From Oscillospiraceae bacterium (GTDB lineage: Bacteria > Bacillota > Clostridia > Oscillospirales > Oscillospiraceae): 64,000 bases of DNA. The translations under genes were made by a program, and so were the position numbers. The stretch covers positions 6,241 to 70,240 of the forward strand of contig CACXMX010000002.1 of the NCBI GenBank assembly GCA_902768805.1. Direction: 5' to 3'. Numbering within the stretch: position 1 is the stretch's first letter; each line of letters begins with the position of its first letter. Below are positions 8,731 to 18,769 of this stretch, one piece after another. The notes under the pieces are model-generated. The model was not told the DNA's origin. It searched no databases and was given only the letters and a program-made list of their open reading frames with translations.

Positions 8731-11193
8731 TCACTCCATCGGGTTCAGGTCCGCGAAAACGGACACTCCCCTGTATTCTTTGGCTGTGTTGCAGTATATC
8801 AGCTGTTCCGATATACGCCGTCTCATATCTCTGTCGAAGCGGCAGTGTACCGTCACGCGGTAGCGGTAGCGGTTGTTGACCTTGGCCACGGGCAGCGGCG
8901 CCGGCCCGAGAACATCGGTGTCCTCCCTCCCGGAGAACTGCGCGCGGAAAGTGTCGCGCAGATATGCACAGCATCTAAGTACGGCCGACTCGTCCGTCCC
9001 CGAAGCCGTGACCGTGACGATATCCGAAAACGGCGGGCAGTTCTGAAGCTCCCTGAGCCGGATCTCCGACTCATAAAAGGTGTCGTAATCCTGTTTCGAC
9101 GCCAGCCGCAGGACCTGATTGCCGGGAGTAAAGGTCTGTATCAGAGCCCTTCCCGTTTTGCTGCCCCTCCCGGAGCGGCCGATCACCTGTGTGATCTGGG
9201 AAAAGCACCTCTCCGAGGCTCGGTAATCGCCGGTGTACAGAGCCTGATCGGCATTGATGACGCCGACCAGCGTAACGTTCTCGAAATCCAGTCCCTTTGT
9301 CACCATCTGCGTTCCGACAAGGACGGGGACCTTCTGCTCGCGAAAGCGGGTGAGGATCTTCTCGTGGGAGCCGGCGCCGGCCACGGAATCCGCGTCCATG
9401 CGCAGGATCTCCGTTCCGGGCAGAGCCTCCGAGAGCTCCTCCTCCAGCTTTTGGGTCCCGGTGCCGTAGCGGTCCAGAAGTCCGCCGCATTCGGGACATC
9501 GCTCATCAAGCGTCCGGGTATATCCGCAGTGATGGCATATAAGCCGTCTGCGGCTGCCGTGCCAGGTAAGATGGACACTGCAGTTCGGACAGCTGTAGGT
9601 AAAACCGCATTCCCCGCAGGCGACCAGGCTGGACGTTCCCCGTCGGTTGAGGAAAAGGATGCTCTGTTCCCCGCGGCTCATGCCGTCACGCAGTGAAGCG
9701 AGCAGCGGACGGCTCAGCGAGGTCCCGTTTCCGTCACGAAGCTCCTCGCGCATGTCCACGATCTCCACTTCGGGCAGCGCACGGGCGTTGTACCGGTTCG
9801 AAAGACGAAAATACGCGTAGCGTCCTTTTTCCGCCCAGTAGCGGCTCTCAAGATCCGGCGTGGCAGAACCGAGGACCAGAAGAGCTCCGTGACCGGCGCA
9901 GCGGAATTTGGCCACGTCGCGGGCGTGGTATCGGGGCGAGTTTTCGGATTTGTAGGTGTATTCCTGTTCCTCGTCGATGATGATCAGGCCCAGATCTCCG
10001 CAGGGGGCGAAAACGGCGCTGCGAGTCCCGATCACCACCCGCGCGCGTCCCGAACGGACGCGCTTCCATTCGTCATATCGCTCTCCGACAGCCAAAGAGC
10101 TGTGCAGAACGGCGATATCGTCTCCGAAATAGGAGGAGAAGATGCGGATCATCTGCGGTGTGAGCGAGATCTCCGGAACAAGAAGGATTGTCGACTTTCC
10201 TCTGGCGAGCATCGCGTCGATAAGCCTGATATACACCGCGGTCTTCCCACTCCCGGTCACGCCGTGCAGAAGAGAAGCGGAAGCGTTTGCTCCGTCGTAC
10301 AGGGCGATGATCCCCTCAAAAGCCGATCGCTGTTCGTCGTTCAGTTCGGGAAGCGGGCGCGTTTCCGTCCATTCGGCTCTGCCGCGGCGGAATACCTCTT
10401 CCATGCTGCTCTCCACCGTGCCGGCTTTGATCAATGCATTAACCGTAGCCGAAGAGGCTCCGGTAAAATAGCTGAGCTCCGAAAACGAGACCCGTCCCAG
10501 CGTACACAAAAGACGGAGCGCCGCCGACTGAAGGGGCGCCCGCTTCTCCTTGCGGAGAGCGAGCTCAGCCGCCTCCTCCGGCGAAACGCGCAGGGAGATC
10601 ATCCGCACCGTTTTATCGCCGACGCGCCGCTTCTGCGTGCTGTCCGGCCTTATGATCCCCTTGCGTACCAGAGAGCGGAGCGCGCGGGACGGATCGGAGC
10701 GGCCAAACACCCTGCGGATATCCTCCTCGGGACATGTTCCGCCGTGGGCAAAGAGAGCCTCCACGATCGTACGTTCTCTCTCGTCGTCCCCGGCGGCCCC
10801 GTAAGCTTTTTCACGGTCCGCCCCGTCGCAGAGAACATACACCGTTTCCATCCGGTACCATAGTCCCGCGGGGAGCATGGCTCTCACGGCGTCATACACC
10901 GTGCAGAAATACCGCTCGCGGATCCACAGAGCAAGCCGGAGCATCTCATCGGACAGGACCGGTTCGCTGTCCAGCACCGAGGAAACGGGCTTTAATACAA
11001 CATCCTCTCTGTCCGGGGACCCGACCGACAGAACGATGCCCTCGGTACGGCGGTTGCCGGATCCAAAGGGCACCACGACGCGCACACCCGGAACGACCCG
11101 CTCCCTGAGAGAGGCGGGCACGCGGTAGCTGAACGGCCTGTCGACCCAGTAGGTCGCCGCCGCCACCGCTATCCGGGCAGTGGCTTCATTCAT
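8731..11193 (-). CDS. priA: primosomal protein N' (replication restart helicase PriA)
   Basis: About 820 aa from MNEATARIAVAAATYWVDRPFSY. Walker A GVTGSGKT, DEEQE box, Cys-rich zinc-binding insert CGECGFTYSCPNCSVHLTWH...CHHCG...CPECG. The start is uncertain (11193 vs 11235). Confidence 0.9.
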   Translation of the reverse strand: MNEATARIAVAAATYWVDRPFSYRVPASLRERVVPGVRVVVPFGSGNRRTEGIVLSVGSPDREDVVLKPVSSVLDSEPVLSDEMLRLALWIRERYFCTVYDAVRAMLPAGLWYRMETVYVLCDGADREKAYGAAGDDERERTIVEALFAHGGTCPEEDIRRVFGRSDPSRALRSLVRKGIIRPDSTQKRRVGDKTVRMISLRVSPEEAAELALRKEKRAPLQSAALRLLCTLGRVSFSELSYFTGASSATVNALIKAGTVESSMEEVFRRGRAEWTETRPLPELNDEQRSAFEGIIALYDGANASASLLHGVTGSGKTAVYIRLIDAMLARGKSTILLVPEISLTPQMIRIFSSYFGDDIAVLHSSLAVGERYDEWKRVRSGRARVVIGTRSAVFAPCGDLGLIIIDEEQEYTYKSENSPRYHARDVAKFRCAGHGALLVLGSATPDLESRYWAEKGRYAYFRLSNRYNARALPEVEIVDMREELRDGNGTSLSRPLLASLRDGMSRGEQSILFLNRRGTSSLVACGECGFTYSCPNCSVHLTWHGSRRRLICHHCGYTRTLDERCPECGGLLDRYGTGTQKLEEELSEALPGTEILRMDADSVAGAGSHEKILTRFREQKVPVLVGTQMVTKGLDFENVTLVGVINADQALYTGDYRASERCFSQITQVIGRSGRGSKTGRALIQTFTPGNQVLRLASKQDYDTFYESEIRLRELQNCPPFSDIVTVTASGTDESAVLRCCAYLRDTFRAQFSGREDTDVLGPAPLPVAKVNNRYRYRVTVHCRFDRDMRRRISEQLIYCNTAKEYRGVSVFADLNPME

Positions 11194-11386
11194 CGGTCTT
11201 GTCCAGAGTGAGCTTCCCCGAGTAAACCTCGTCAATAGCTATGGATACCGGTTTTTTATCGAGGATCTCCTCGTTGTCCTCCGCCTTCTGGGCGATTTCT
11301 CTGGCGCGCCTGGCGACCAGATTCACCAGAAGATAGTTGCTGCCGACCTTATCCACAAGGGCGGCCATCGGCGGATAGAGCATCAT
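11186..11386 (-). CDS. rpoZ: DNA-directed RNA polymerase subunit omega
   Basis: 66 aa. ...NYLLVNLVARRAREI... It lies between gmk and priA as in Bacillus. Confidence 0.85.
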   Translation of the reverse strand: MMLYPPMAALVDKVGSNYLLVNLVARRAREIAQKAEDNEEILDKKPVSIAIDEVYSGKLTLDKTDE

Positions 11387-11438
11387 AACAGATCATTTCC
11401 TTTCTCTCCCCGAGCCGGGGAAATGCATTGTATCTCGA

Positions 11439-11993
11439 TCAGCTCTCCAGAATGGCGCGTATCTCCTCCGCAGCCTGTTCCGGTTCGTTGTTGATCACCA
11501 TGTGATCGTATTCGGGGGCGAGAAGCAGCTCCTTTCGGGCTGTCTCCAGACGCCTGCGGATGGTCTCATCGGAATCCGTGCCGCGTCCGCGCAGGCGTCT
11601 TTCCAGCTCCTCCAGGCTGGGAGGGGCGAGAAACACCGTAATGGCCTCGGGCATCGCTTTTTTGACCTGCGCGGCACCCTGAACTTCTATGTCCAGGATC
11701 ACCGTGATGCCCTTCTCCAGGCGTGCCTCCACCTGGGAGCGGGGCGTGCCGTAGCAGTTGCCCACAAATTCCGCGTGCTCGAGAAGCTCGTTGTTTTCGA
11801 TCATCTCGTTGAATCTGTCCCGGGATACAAAATAATAGTCCACTCCGTCCTTTTCTCCGGGACGCGGAGCGCGGGTCGTGGCGGATACAGAGAATTCCAG
11901 CCCTTCCTTACGCGCCATCAGTACGCCGATCACTGTCGATTTTCCGGTTCCCGAGGGTCCGGAGATCACAAGAAGTCTTCCGCGTTCAGCCAT
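11439..11993 (-). CDS. gmk: guanylate kinase
   Basis: 184 aa. [10 protein letters not shown]-loop, [20 protein letters not shown]. Confidence 0.95.
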   Translation of the reverse strand: MAERGRLLVISGPSGTGKSTVIGVLMARKEGLEFSVSATTRAPRPGEKDGVDYYFVSRDRFNEMIENNELLEHAEFVGNCYGTPRSQVEARLEKGITVILDIEVQGAAQVKKAMPEAITVFLAPPSLEELERRLRGRGTDSDETIRRRLETARKELLLAPEYDHMVINNEPEQAAEEIRAILES

Positions 11994-12264
11994 CGTTTTC
12001 TTCTCCCTGATTCGTCGTTTCTTCCATCTGGTTCAGCCTGGTGTTGAGCGTTTCGGGCGTGAGCGCCGAAAGGATCACATGGCCGCTGTCCATCACGATC
12101 ACCGTGCGCGTGCGCCTGCCGAAGGTGGCGTCGATCAGGTTCCCGCGTTCTCTCACGTCCTGGATAATGCGCTTGATCGGAGCAGACTCGGGACTGACCA
12201 TCGAGACGACCCTGTGGGCGGCCACCATATTGCCGAAGCCTATATTCAGCAGTTTCAGCGCCAT
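11986..12264 (-). CDS. remA: RemA/DUF370 family regulatory protein
   Basis: 92 aa. [35 protein letters not shown]...[13 protein letters not shown] is typical of RemA (YlzA). Synteny yicC-remA-gmk. Confidence 0.88.
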   Translation of the reverse strand: MALKLLNIGFGNMVAAHRVVSMVSPESAPIKRIIQDVRERGNLIDATFGRRTRTVIVMDSGHVILSALTPETLNTRLNQMEETTNQGEENDG

Positions 12265-12267
12265 GTC

Positions 12268-13152
12268 TCACTCCACGTTCTGAAGCTGCTCGCGCAGCTT
12301 CTCTATCTCGCTTTTTAGTTCCACCACGACCTTTGCAAGAGCCGCGTCGCTGCATTTTGAGCCGATGGTATTCGACTCGCGGTTGAATTCCTGCATGAGG
12401 AAATCCATTTTGCGGCCTATGGGAGATCCGTCTTCCAGCATGGTGCCGAATTGGACAATATGGCTGCGAAGACGTACCGTCTCCTCATCCACGGCGGTTT
12501 TGTCCGCGAAGATAGCCGCTTCCGTGATGAGCCTCTGCTCATCGACTCCGCGGTCATCCAAAAGCTCGCGCAGACGGGCTTCCAGCCGTTCGCGGTATTC
12601 GCGCACGGTCTCGGGGGAGCGCTCTTCCACGACCGTCACGAGTTCGGAAATGTTCTTCAGCTTCACAAGCCTGTCTTCGCGAAGACGTTCTCCCTCCCGG
12701 GCGCGCATGGCATTGAATTCCTCCAGAGCCTTATGGGTAAGATCGCTGAGAGACCCGCGGATCTCGTCCGCGTCCAGCTCCTTTTTCTCCACAGTCAGCA
12801 CGTCGGGAAAACGGGCAATGACGGCGGCGTCCGCTCTGAACTCCACCCCAAGTCTGTCGGCGATGTCTCTCAGAGCGTTGCGGTATTCCTCCGCCAGAGC
12901 CAGATTGACGCTGACGGAAGTATCCGCCTCAGAGGAAGACTGCGCTGTGACAAAAACATCCACCTTCCCGCGGCTGACGCCGGAGGAGATCACATTTTTG
13001 ACCGTGTCCTCCGCGAAGAGAAAGCTTCGCGGAAGCCTCACGCTGCAGTCAAGAAAACGATTGTTGACACTCTTGATCTCAACAAGAAACGTCTGACCGC
13101 CCACAGCGCCTCTGGCGCTGCCGTAGCCTGTCATAGAGTAAAGTTCGGACAT
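12268..13152 (-). CDS. yicC: YicC/YloC family stress-induced protein
   Basis: 294 aa. SMTGYG start, VEIKSVNNRFLD, C-terminal FLMQEFNRESNTIGSK. Confidence 0.9.
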   Translation of the reverse strand: MSELYSMTGYGSARGAVGGQTFLVEIKSVNNRFLDCSVRLPRSFLFAEDTVKNVISSGVSRGKVDVFVTAQSSSEADTSVSVNLALAEEYRNALRDIADRLGVEFRADAAVIARFPDVLTVEKKELDADEIRGSLSDLTHKALEEFNAMRAREGERLREDRLVKLKNISELVTVVEERSPETVREYRERLEARLRELLDDRGVDEQRLITEAAIFADKTAVDEETVRLRSHIVQFGTMLEDGSPIGRKMDFLMQEFNRESNTIGSKCSDAALAKVVVELKSEIEKLREQLQNVE

Positions 13153-13664
13153 TACGAAGTCCTCCCGGACAATTTTCTCAGATAAAAGAGGATCAGAAGA
13201 CCCAGCACATGATCATAGATCAAAAATACGCCGAGCGATCCGGCGGCGAGCATCCACGCGGCTGTTCCGGAGAAGAAGGCATTGAGCGGGGCGTACAGCC
13301 GGGCGATCAGTGCCGCGGCGGCCGCGGCGGCGCCGAACACCCCAAGCTTCAGGCTCCATCGGGCCCAGAAGGAGCGAAAACGTTCCGCGCGCAGTTTTAT
13401 AACGGGATAATACCCGGGCAGGAGAAGATACATCAGAGCGAGCGCCTTTTCCGGCAGCAGGAGCAGAGCAAGGACTCCCGTGACCGCATAGCAGCCCAGC
13501 GCCCAGCGCGCGCGGCAGCGTATCGCGGTAAAGGCGGTACCAAGAGAAGCGGCGCAGAGTATCGACAATCGCGCTCCCGGCAGGATCGAACCGAGATACA
13601 GCGCCGTTACTCCGACCGCGGCGCAGATCGATGAGCGGGCCAGCTCTTTTGCCTCTCCGTTCAT
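13152..13664 (-). CDS. hypothetical polytopic membrane protein (about 5 TM)
   Basis: 170 aa, hydrophobic throughout. Its stop shares a nucleotide with the yicC start. No family recognised. Confidence 0.6.
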   Translation of the reverse strand: MNGEAKELARSSICAAVGVTALYLGSILPGARLSILCAASLGTAFTAIRCRARWALGCYAVTGVLALLLLPEKALALMYLLLPGYYPVIKLRAERFRSFWARWSLKLGVFGAAAAAAALIARLYAPLNAFFSGTAAWMLAAGSLGVFLIYDHVLGLLILFYLRKLSGRTS

Positions 13665-13665
13665 G

Positions 13666-14274
13666 TCAGCAGCAGCGTATAAGGTCGCCGCCCATCATCT
13701 CGCAGCAACAGTCGGCCAGCATCAGGCTGGAGCAGATATTGCATATATCCGGATCGCTTCGCGTGACCGTAGTCGTCGTATACGGCTTGCGGCTGTTATT
13801 CTCCATATACGTAACCGCCTGACGGTATTCCGTATTGTTCGGGTCCATGGTGGCGGCGATGCGGAAATAACGGGACGCCTCATCCATCCAGCCGCGGCGG
13901 AACGCGAGTGTTCCCATCAGGAAATTCCACTCCGCTCCGCGTTCCACTATGGATCCGAGGATCATCTCGGCGCGGCTGAGGTCGCCCGAATTGATGGCGC
14001 TCCGCGCATCGGCGAGCGGCCCGCTCGAGGTGCTGTGATATGCGTTGTCCTCGGGGCGGGTCTGATACTGGAAGGGCGAATTCCCGGCACGCTCTTTTTG
14101 GATAACATCGTAGGCCTCGTTGATCTCCTTCATTTTTTCCTGAGCGAGATCGGCCAGTGGGTTATTGACATAGTTGTCGGGGTGATACTTCCGGGCCAGC
14201 TCCCGATAGGCCCTTTTGATCTCCTCGTCGGAAGCGTAACGCGAAACTCCGAGAGTGGTATAGGGATCGTTCAT
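13666..14274 (-). CDS. J-domain protein with TPR-like middle region and cysteine-rich C-terminus
   Basis: 202 aa. J domain [32 protein letters not shown] (HPD motif). The C-terminus [25 protein letters not shown] has 7 Cys in 25 residues. ATGA overlap with the upstream ORF. Confidence 0.85.
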   Translation of the reverse strand: MNDPYTTLGVSRYASDEEIKRAYRELARKYHPDNYVNNPLADLAQEKMKEINEAYDVIQKERAGNSPFQYQTRPEDNAYHSTSSGPLADARSAINSGDLSRAEMILGSIVERGAEWNFLMGTLAFRRGWMDEASRYFRIAATMDPNNTEYRQAVTYMENNSRKPYTTTTVTRSDPDICNICSSLMLADCCCEMMGGDLIRCC

Positions 14275-15167
14275 GTTTCATCCGCTCCTTGCGGCGGAAT
14301 CTCGTTCCGCCGGTTTCTTTTGTTCCATTTGCCTTCGAACACAAGCCGGGTGACCTCCGGGAGGCCCACCGTGATGATGTTCTCGAGGATCGGCTGCCAT
14401 AGATCTTCCGAACGCAGCGACAGGGCCGCCGCGGCGCTTCTCTGCGACAGGTTCAGCGTGGCGCGAAGAGCATCCTTCTCATCCTCGCGGAGACTGTTCT
14501 CACCGGGGCGGAGGCGATGCCTGAGGGGGTTGTAGGAGTCGTTCTCCACATCCCCGGCCAGGTCGTCCACCGCGTCGAGAATATATACCGACCTTCCCAC
14601 ATGATAGAACAGCTCCCGGAGGATCCGGCGTTCTCCTTCGTTCCGTGCGTCGGAAGCCGCCTCCGCAAGGATCCTCGCGAAGCAGTCCGCCGCCTTGTCC
14701 AAAGAGGGATCGTTCGTTATCTCTATGTGCCGGAGTTCCGCCAGGCATTTTCTTGTGTTCGCGTCAAAGGCCGGACGTGCTGCGGCTGCTTTGCGGTACG
14801 CGCCGAGCATGGCTGTGCGGGCGGCAAGCGCCGCGGCAGCCTCGGCAGCGTTGGCGTCGTCCGCGGTGTCGCTGAGTTTCCACCAGGTAAGGATCACGCT
14901 TTGATCCGCAGCCGTCTCAAGAGCGGGATCCGTACGGACGATATACCGCTTTCTCAGCGGATGGACCGGACAGCGCAGAGGCCGGGATATCGGTTTTTCA
15001 TGGGAGAGCACCATGGCCAGGAAGGTCAGGTCGTAATTCACGACGAACCGCGCGGCGGGCCCGTATCTCTCCCTCAGCGTCTGGCAAAGGCCGCAGTATT
15101 CCGCACGGAACAACTCGTATTCCCGTCCGCGCAGTTCTCCCCTGTCGGGTCTGATATATCCGTACAC
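14271..15167 (-). CDS. DUF5685-like hypothetical protein
   Basis: 298 aa. The N-terminus [31 protein letters not shown] resembles the DUF5685 family as I remember it. Function unknown. Confidence 0.65.
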   Translation of the reverse strand: MYGYIRPDRGELRGREYELFRAEYCGLCQTLRERYGPAARFVVNYDLTFLAMVLSHEKPISRPLRCPVHPLRKRYIVRTDPALETAADQSVILTWWKLSDTADDANAAEAAAALAARTAMLGAYRKAAAARPAFDANTRKCLAELRHIEITNDPSLDKAADCFARILAEAASDARNEGERRILRELFYHVGRSVYILDAVDDLAGDVENDSYNPLRHRLRPGENSLREDEKDALRATLNLSQRSAAAALSLRSEDLWQPILENIITVGLPEVTRLVFEGKWNKRNRRNEIPPQGADET

Positions 15168-15177
15168 GGCTCCTCCG

Positions 15178-16458
15178 TCACTCCCAGGGCGTCAGGGTTA
15201 CAATGATGGAATAGCGTCCTACGACGCCGGCTGTGGGGAATCCGTCAATAAAGATGCGCACAGCGGGCGATATGAAGCCTGCAGCGTTGCTCTCGGAGAC
15301 CTCGGACAGGTCCGCCACGGCACGGATATGGGACGCCGTTATTCTGGCGAGATCCTCCTCCGGCGCGCGGATCGTCACGGAAAGGGCCTGATTGATGATC
15401 TCGGCGTTAAATCCCTCGGGAACATTGATGCAGCTGATGTTATCGTGACCGATATTAAAATTCTGAGAAACAAGGCCGATGATCGATACCGTCACCTCCG
15501 CCTCGGATACGCCGCTGAGATTCTCGGTGCTGTCCGGAGGGACCACCGTGTATCGGGCGCTGTACTCCCCGTTCACGGCGCTCAGATCCACCGTGCCGAG
15601 AACGATCTTGGAAACGCTGTCGATCGCGGCGGCGTCTCCGCTCAGTACGATATACGCCGGGTCGATCACTATGCTCGTGTTCTCTTCCCGGGTGGCGCCG
15701 CCTCCGCTGACGATGTTGATGTCCAGGGGCACCTGCTTAACGGATTGAACGTTGAGCGTTACGGAGATCTCCTCTGTCTCCTTTATGACCGAGCTGTCCT
15801 CGATCACGTTCCCATCCGCGTCCATCAGGTCGTAGGTGGTAAAATAAGAGAGTGTCTTGTCCACATCGGTGCGGGTGATGGAGATGTACGCATGATCCAC
15901 GGCGCTTACGGCCGTTTTCGGACCCGATACCGTTACGACCATGGGATCGAATACCGGGTTTTCGTCTGCCAGATACCCCTCCGCGGTGCTTCCGAGGAAT
16001 CTGCCCTCGACGGGGACCGTTTTTCTCACCTGACGGTCCACATAGAAATTGACAACGTCGGAGCTGCTGCGGACCACCGCGATCTCGTCGGGATTCACGC
16101 CCGTAGGATAGACCAGACTGTAGGATACGGAGTATCGGCCGTCCGTCGTCACCCGGCTCAGGTCGATCGCGGCCGTAACGTTTCCCGAATTGATTTTGCT
16201 CAGAACGCGTCTGGATCCTTTGACTGTAATATTCACGCTGGTGCGGTCCTGCTCGGTGACGATCCGCCCGCTGGACTCGCGAAGGGACTCGGCGCCGGTG
16301 AACTCGATCTTGACTCCGGAGAGCATCATCTCGCGTTCCACGCCCTCCGTGGTAGTGACGTACAGCCAGAGTATGACCGCCGCGAGCAGAGACACGGCCA
16401 TCCAGAATCCCCTGCGGTCAAGGATTGTGCTGCTTTTCTTTCCGGTATCTTTATTCAT
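15178..16458 (-). CDS. cdaR: YbbR-domain protein, CdaA regulator
   Basis: 426 aa. N-terminal TM anchor, then repeated YbbR-like beta modules. It overlaps the cdaA stop by 8 nt, the canonical cdaA-cdaR pairing. Confidence 0.85.
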   Translation of the reverse strand: MNKDTGKKSSTILDRRGFWMAVSLLAAVILWLYVTTTEGVEREMMLSGVKIEFTGAESLRESSGRIVTEQDRTSVNITVKGSRRVLSKINSGNVTAAIDLSRVTTDGRYSVSYSLVYPTGVNPDEIAVVRSSSDVVNFYVDRQVRKTVPVEGRFLGSTAEGYLADENPVFDPMVVTVSGPKTAVSAVDHAYISITRTDVDKTLSYFTTYDLMDADGNVIEDSSVIKETEEISVTLNVQSVKQVPLDINIVSGGGATREENTSIVIDPAYIVLSGDAAAIDSVSKIVLGTVDLSAVNGEYSARYTVVPPDSTENLSGVSEAEVTVSIIGLVSQNFNIGHDNISCINVPEGFNAEIINQALSVTIRAPEEDLARITASHIRAVADLSEVSESNAAGFISPAVRIFIDGFPTAGVVGRYSIIVTLTPWE

Positions 16459-17305
16459 GGGAAGGACCTTTATCCTTTCGCAGAAGACGGGGAAACAGGT
16501 TGGGCGTCTGCTCCTCGGTGATAAGTCCCTGGCGAAGCAGCTTCTCGAAGGTGTCCCTCGTCAGATGACGCTTGAGCATGCCTTTTTCCGCGACAGAAAT
16601 AGCGCCGGTCTCCTCAGAGACGATGACCACCAGCGCATCGCTGGCTTCACTCATGCCGATCCCCGCGCGGTGGCGCATTCCCAGGTCCCTGCTAAGATTC
16701 GTGTTTTCAGAGAGCGGAAGCATGCAGCCTCCTGCCTGGATCCGACCGCCGCGGATGATCGCCGCCCCGTCGTGAAGAGGGGCTTTGGGGTAAAAGATGT
16801 TTTTGAGCAGCTCAGCCGTGACCTCGGCGTCCAGGATCGTTCCGGTGCGGATCTGATCGTCAAGACGGTTCTCTCTCTCGAATATGATCAGCGCGCCGGT
16901 CCTGGTGCGGGAAAGGTCCGTACAGGCCAGCACCGTCTGGGTGATCGCGTTCTCCGTGTACGAGGTCGGCGCTCCTCCGAGAAACCGGATCCCGGGCATG
17001 CCGTTTCCGATCCGCTCAAGGAACCGCCGTATCTCCGGCTGAAACAGAACGACCAGCGCCAGCAGCCCTATCTGTACGGCGTTTCGCAGAAGATAGTTTA
17101 CCGTGTACAGCTGCAGCTCACCGGAGATCCACAGCGCGAGCATGATGACCACGATCCCCATGAAGACCCGGAAGGTCTGGGTCGTTCGGATCAGCGATAT
17201 GATAAAGTAAAACAGAACGGCGACCATCACGATATCCACGATATCCGCGAACCGGACCGTTCCGATCTGCGCGAGCGCCTGCTGCAGAGAAAAATAATTA
17301 CCCAT
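16451..17305 (-). CDS. cdaA: diadenylate cyclase (c-di-AMP synthase)
   Basis: Three N-terminal TM helices plus a DAC domain (GALIIFERE, PLHDGAAII, RHRAGIGMSE, VIVSEETG). I chose ATG 17305, which has a GAGG RBS. The track's TTG at 17371 lacks an RBS. Confidence 0.92.
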   Translation of the reverse strand: MGNYFSLQQALAQIGTVRFADIVDIVMVAVLFYFIISLIRTTQTFRVFMGIVVIMLALWISGELQLYTVNYLLRNAVQIGLLALVVLFQPEIRRFLERIGNGMPGIRFLGGAPTSYTENAITQTVLACTDLSRTRTGALIIFERENRLDDQIRTGTILDAEVTAELLKNIFYPKAPLHDGAAIIRGGRIQAGGCMLPLSENTNLSRDLGMRHRAGIGMSEASDALVVIVSEETGAISVAEKGMLKRHLTRDTFEKLLRQGLITEEQTPNLFPRLLRKDKGPSHE

Positions 17306-17379
17306 ATACGACCTCAGAAATGTGTTTCCCCTGTTTTTTGAATTATACTTCGTATCGGGAAAAAAACGCAAGAAAGTGG

Positions 17380-17874
17380 TTACAAATTGTTACTATTTTT
17401 ACGAATCAACGCCGCGGCCTGCGCGGAAATGCCCTCTTCCCTGCCCGTAAAGCCGAGCCTTTCCTCTGTCGTGGCCTTTACGTTCACCCGTGAGATATCG
17501 ATCTGTGCGGCTTCGGCGACGTTCCTTCGCATCTCGGGGATCCTTGCCGCCAGTTTGGGCCGCTGCGCCACGATGGTGGAATCGATGTTCACGATCTCCC
17601 ACCCGGCTCTGTCCAGAAGACAGACGACCTCACGGAGCAGCGCCAAACTGTCCGCGCCTTCATACCGGGGATCCGAATCGGGAAAATGCTGTCCTATGTC
17701 CCCCATCGCAGCGGCTCCCAAAAGCGCGTCCATCACAGCGTGCGTAAGGACATCGGCGTCCGAATGGCCCAGAAGGCCTCTCTCCCAGGGGATCTCCACT
17801 CCGCCGAGGATCAGCTTGCGGCCCTCGGTCAGGCGGTGCACGTCATATCCCTGTCCTATGCGGTATTCACTCAT
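17380..17874 (-). CDS. ispF: 2-C-methyl-D-erythritol 2,4-cyclodiphosphate synthase
   Basis: 164 aa. [22 protein letters not shown]. Confidence 0.95.
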   Translation of the reverse strand: MSEYRIGQGYDVHRLTEGRKLILGGVEIPWERGLLGHSDADVLTHAVMDALLGAAAMGDIGQHFPDSDPRYEGADSLALLREVVCLLDRAGWEIVNIDSTIVAQRPKLAARIPEMRRNVAEAAQIDISRVNVKATTEERLGFTGREEGISAQAAALIRKNSNNL

Positions 17875-18586
17875 GGCGGCTCCTCAGTATCCCGGCGGCG
17901 ATCTCCAGATCCAGAGGCCGGGTTATTTTGATATTCTCCTGTGAACCCTTGGAAAGCCTTACCCTGACACCGAGCGCTTCCACGGCGGCACAGTCGTCCG
18001 TATATTCCTTTCCGCCGTGTACCGCCTCTGTAAGGGCGGCCTTAAGGATATCGGGAACGAAGGCCTGCGGCGTCTGCACCGCGGCGAGAGACGAACGGTC
18101 CGGCGTTCGCACCACCACATCCTGATTTGTCTCCTTGATGGTGTCCGTTACAGGAACCGCCGGCGCTGCGGCGCCGAAGAGAGCCGCTTTATGCATGGCG
18201 TCGTATATGATATCCTCCGTTACCAAAGGTCTGGCTCCGTCGTGCACCAGCACGATCTTTGCGTCGCGGTCGATGCATGTGACGCCGGCGAGCACGGATT
18301 CGGTACGCGTGGCGCCGCCGATGATGACCTTTTCCACCTTGCGGATCCCATAGGCCCGGCACAGCTCCGCCGCGTCCTCAGCCCGGTCCTCCCTGACGAC
18401 CAGCACGACCTCGCGCACAAAATCACATTCATCGAAAACCCGAAGAGTCCTCACCAGTACGGGCATGCCTTCCAGATCCAGGAAAAGCTTGTCTTTTCCC
18501 ATGCGCGCGGAAGAGCCCGCAGCGACGACAACGACGCTGCAGGTCGTATTGATGGCCTTGCGGAGAAGGTCTCCCGCTTTGCTCAT
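17867..18586 (-). CDS. ispD: 2-C-methyl-D-erythritol 4-phosphate cytidylyltransferase
   Basis: 239 aa. [29 protein letters not shown]. Confidence 0.93.
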   Translation of the reverse strand: MSKAGDLLRKAINTTCSVVVVAAGSSARMGKDKLFLDLEGMPVLVRTLRVFDECDFVREVVLVVREDRAEDAAELCRAYGIRKVEKVIIGGATRTESVLAGVTCIDRDAKIVLVHDGARPLVTEDIIYDAMHKAALFGAAAPAVPVTDTIKETNQDVVVRTPDRSSLAAVQTPQAFVPDILKAALTEAVHGGKEYTDDCAAVEALGVRVRLSKGSQENIKITRPLDLEIAAGILRSRHE

Positions 18587-18679
18587 GTTCGTTTCTCCTT
18601 ATCACGCCGTATCATTCGGATCATCCGAGATTTGTCCGGCAGGTTCTTTCTTTCAAAACAGTGATACGCATACACAGTT

Positions 18680-18708
18680 ATTTTACCTTTACTGTTAACT
18701 TCAGTCAA
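18680..18708 (-). promoter_or_regulatory. SigA-type promoter for ispD-ispF and downstream genes
   Basis: On the minus strand: TTGACT (18708-18703), 17-nt spacer, TAAAAT (18685-18680). Confidence 0.5.
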
Positions 18709-18720
18709 TATGCTGCCGGA

Positions 18721-18752
18721 CAAAAAGACGCGCCGGCTGTTGCCGGCGCGTC
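18721..18752 (-). terminator. intrinsic terminator after the MATE gene
   Basis: Stem GACGCGCCGGC / GCCGGCGCGTC with a 4-nt loop (18727-18752), followed on the minus strand by TTTTTG. Confidence 0.75.
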
Positions 18753-18769
18753 CGGGAATGTATTCTTTA

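Noticed and set aside
8726-8974. N-terminal extensions suggested by the longest-ORF track for def. The same issue applies to argR (24688-24789), ispA (28383-28484), rpe (51783-51836), cdaA (17306-17371) and the hypoxanthine-glycosylase-like gene (43128-43208).
   Set aside because: The extensions overlap upstream genes, are Arg/Gly-rich with no family similarity, and lack RBSs. The internal start codons match the known family N-termini.
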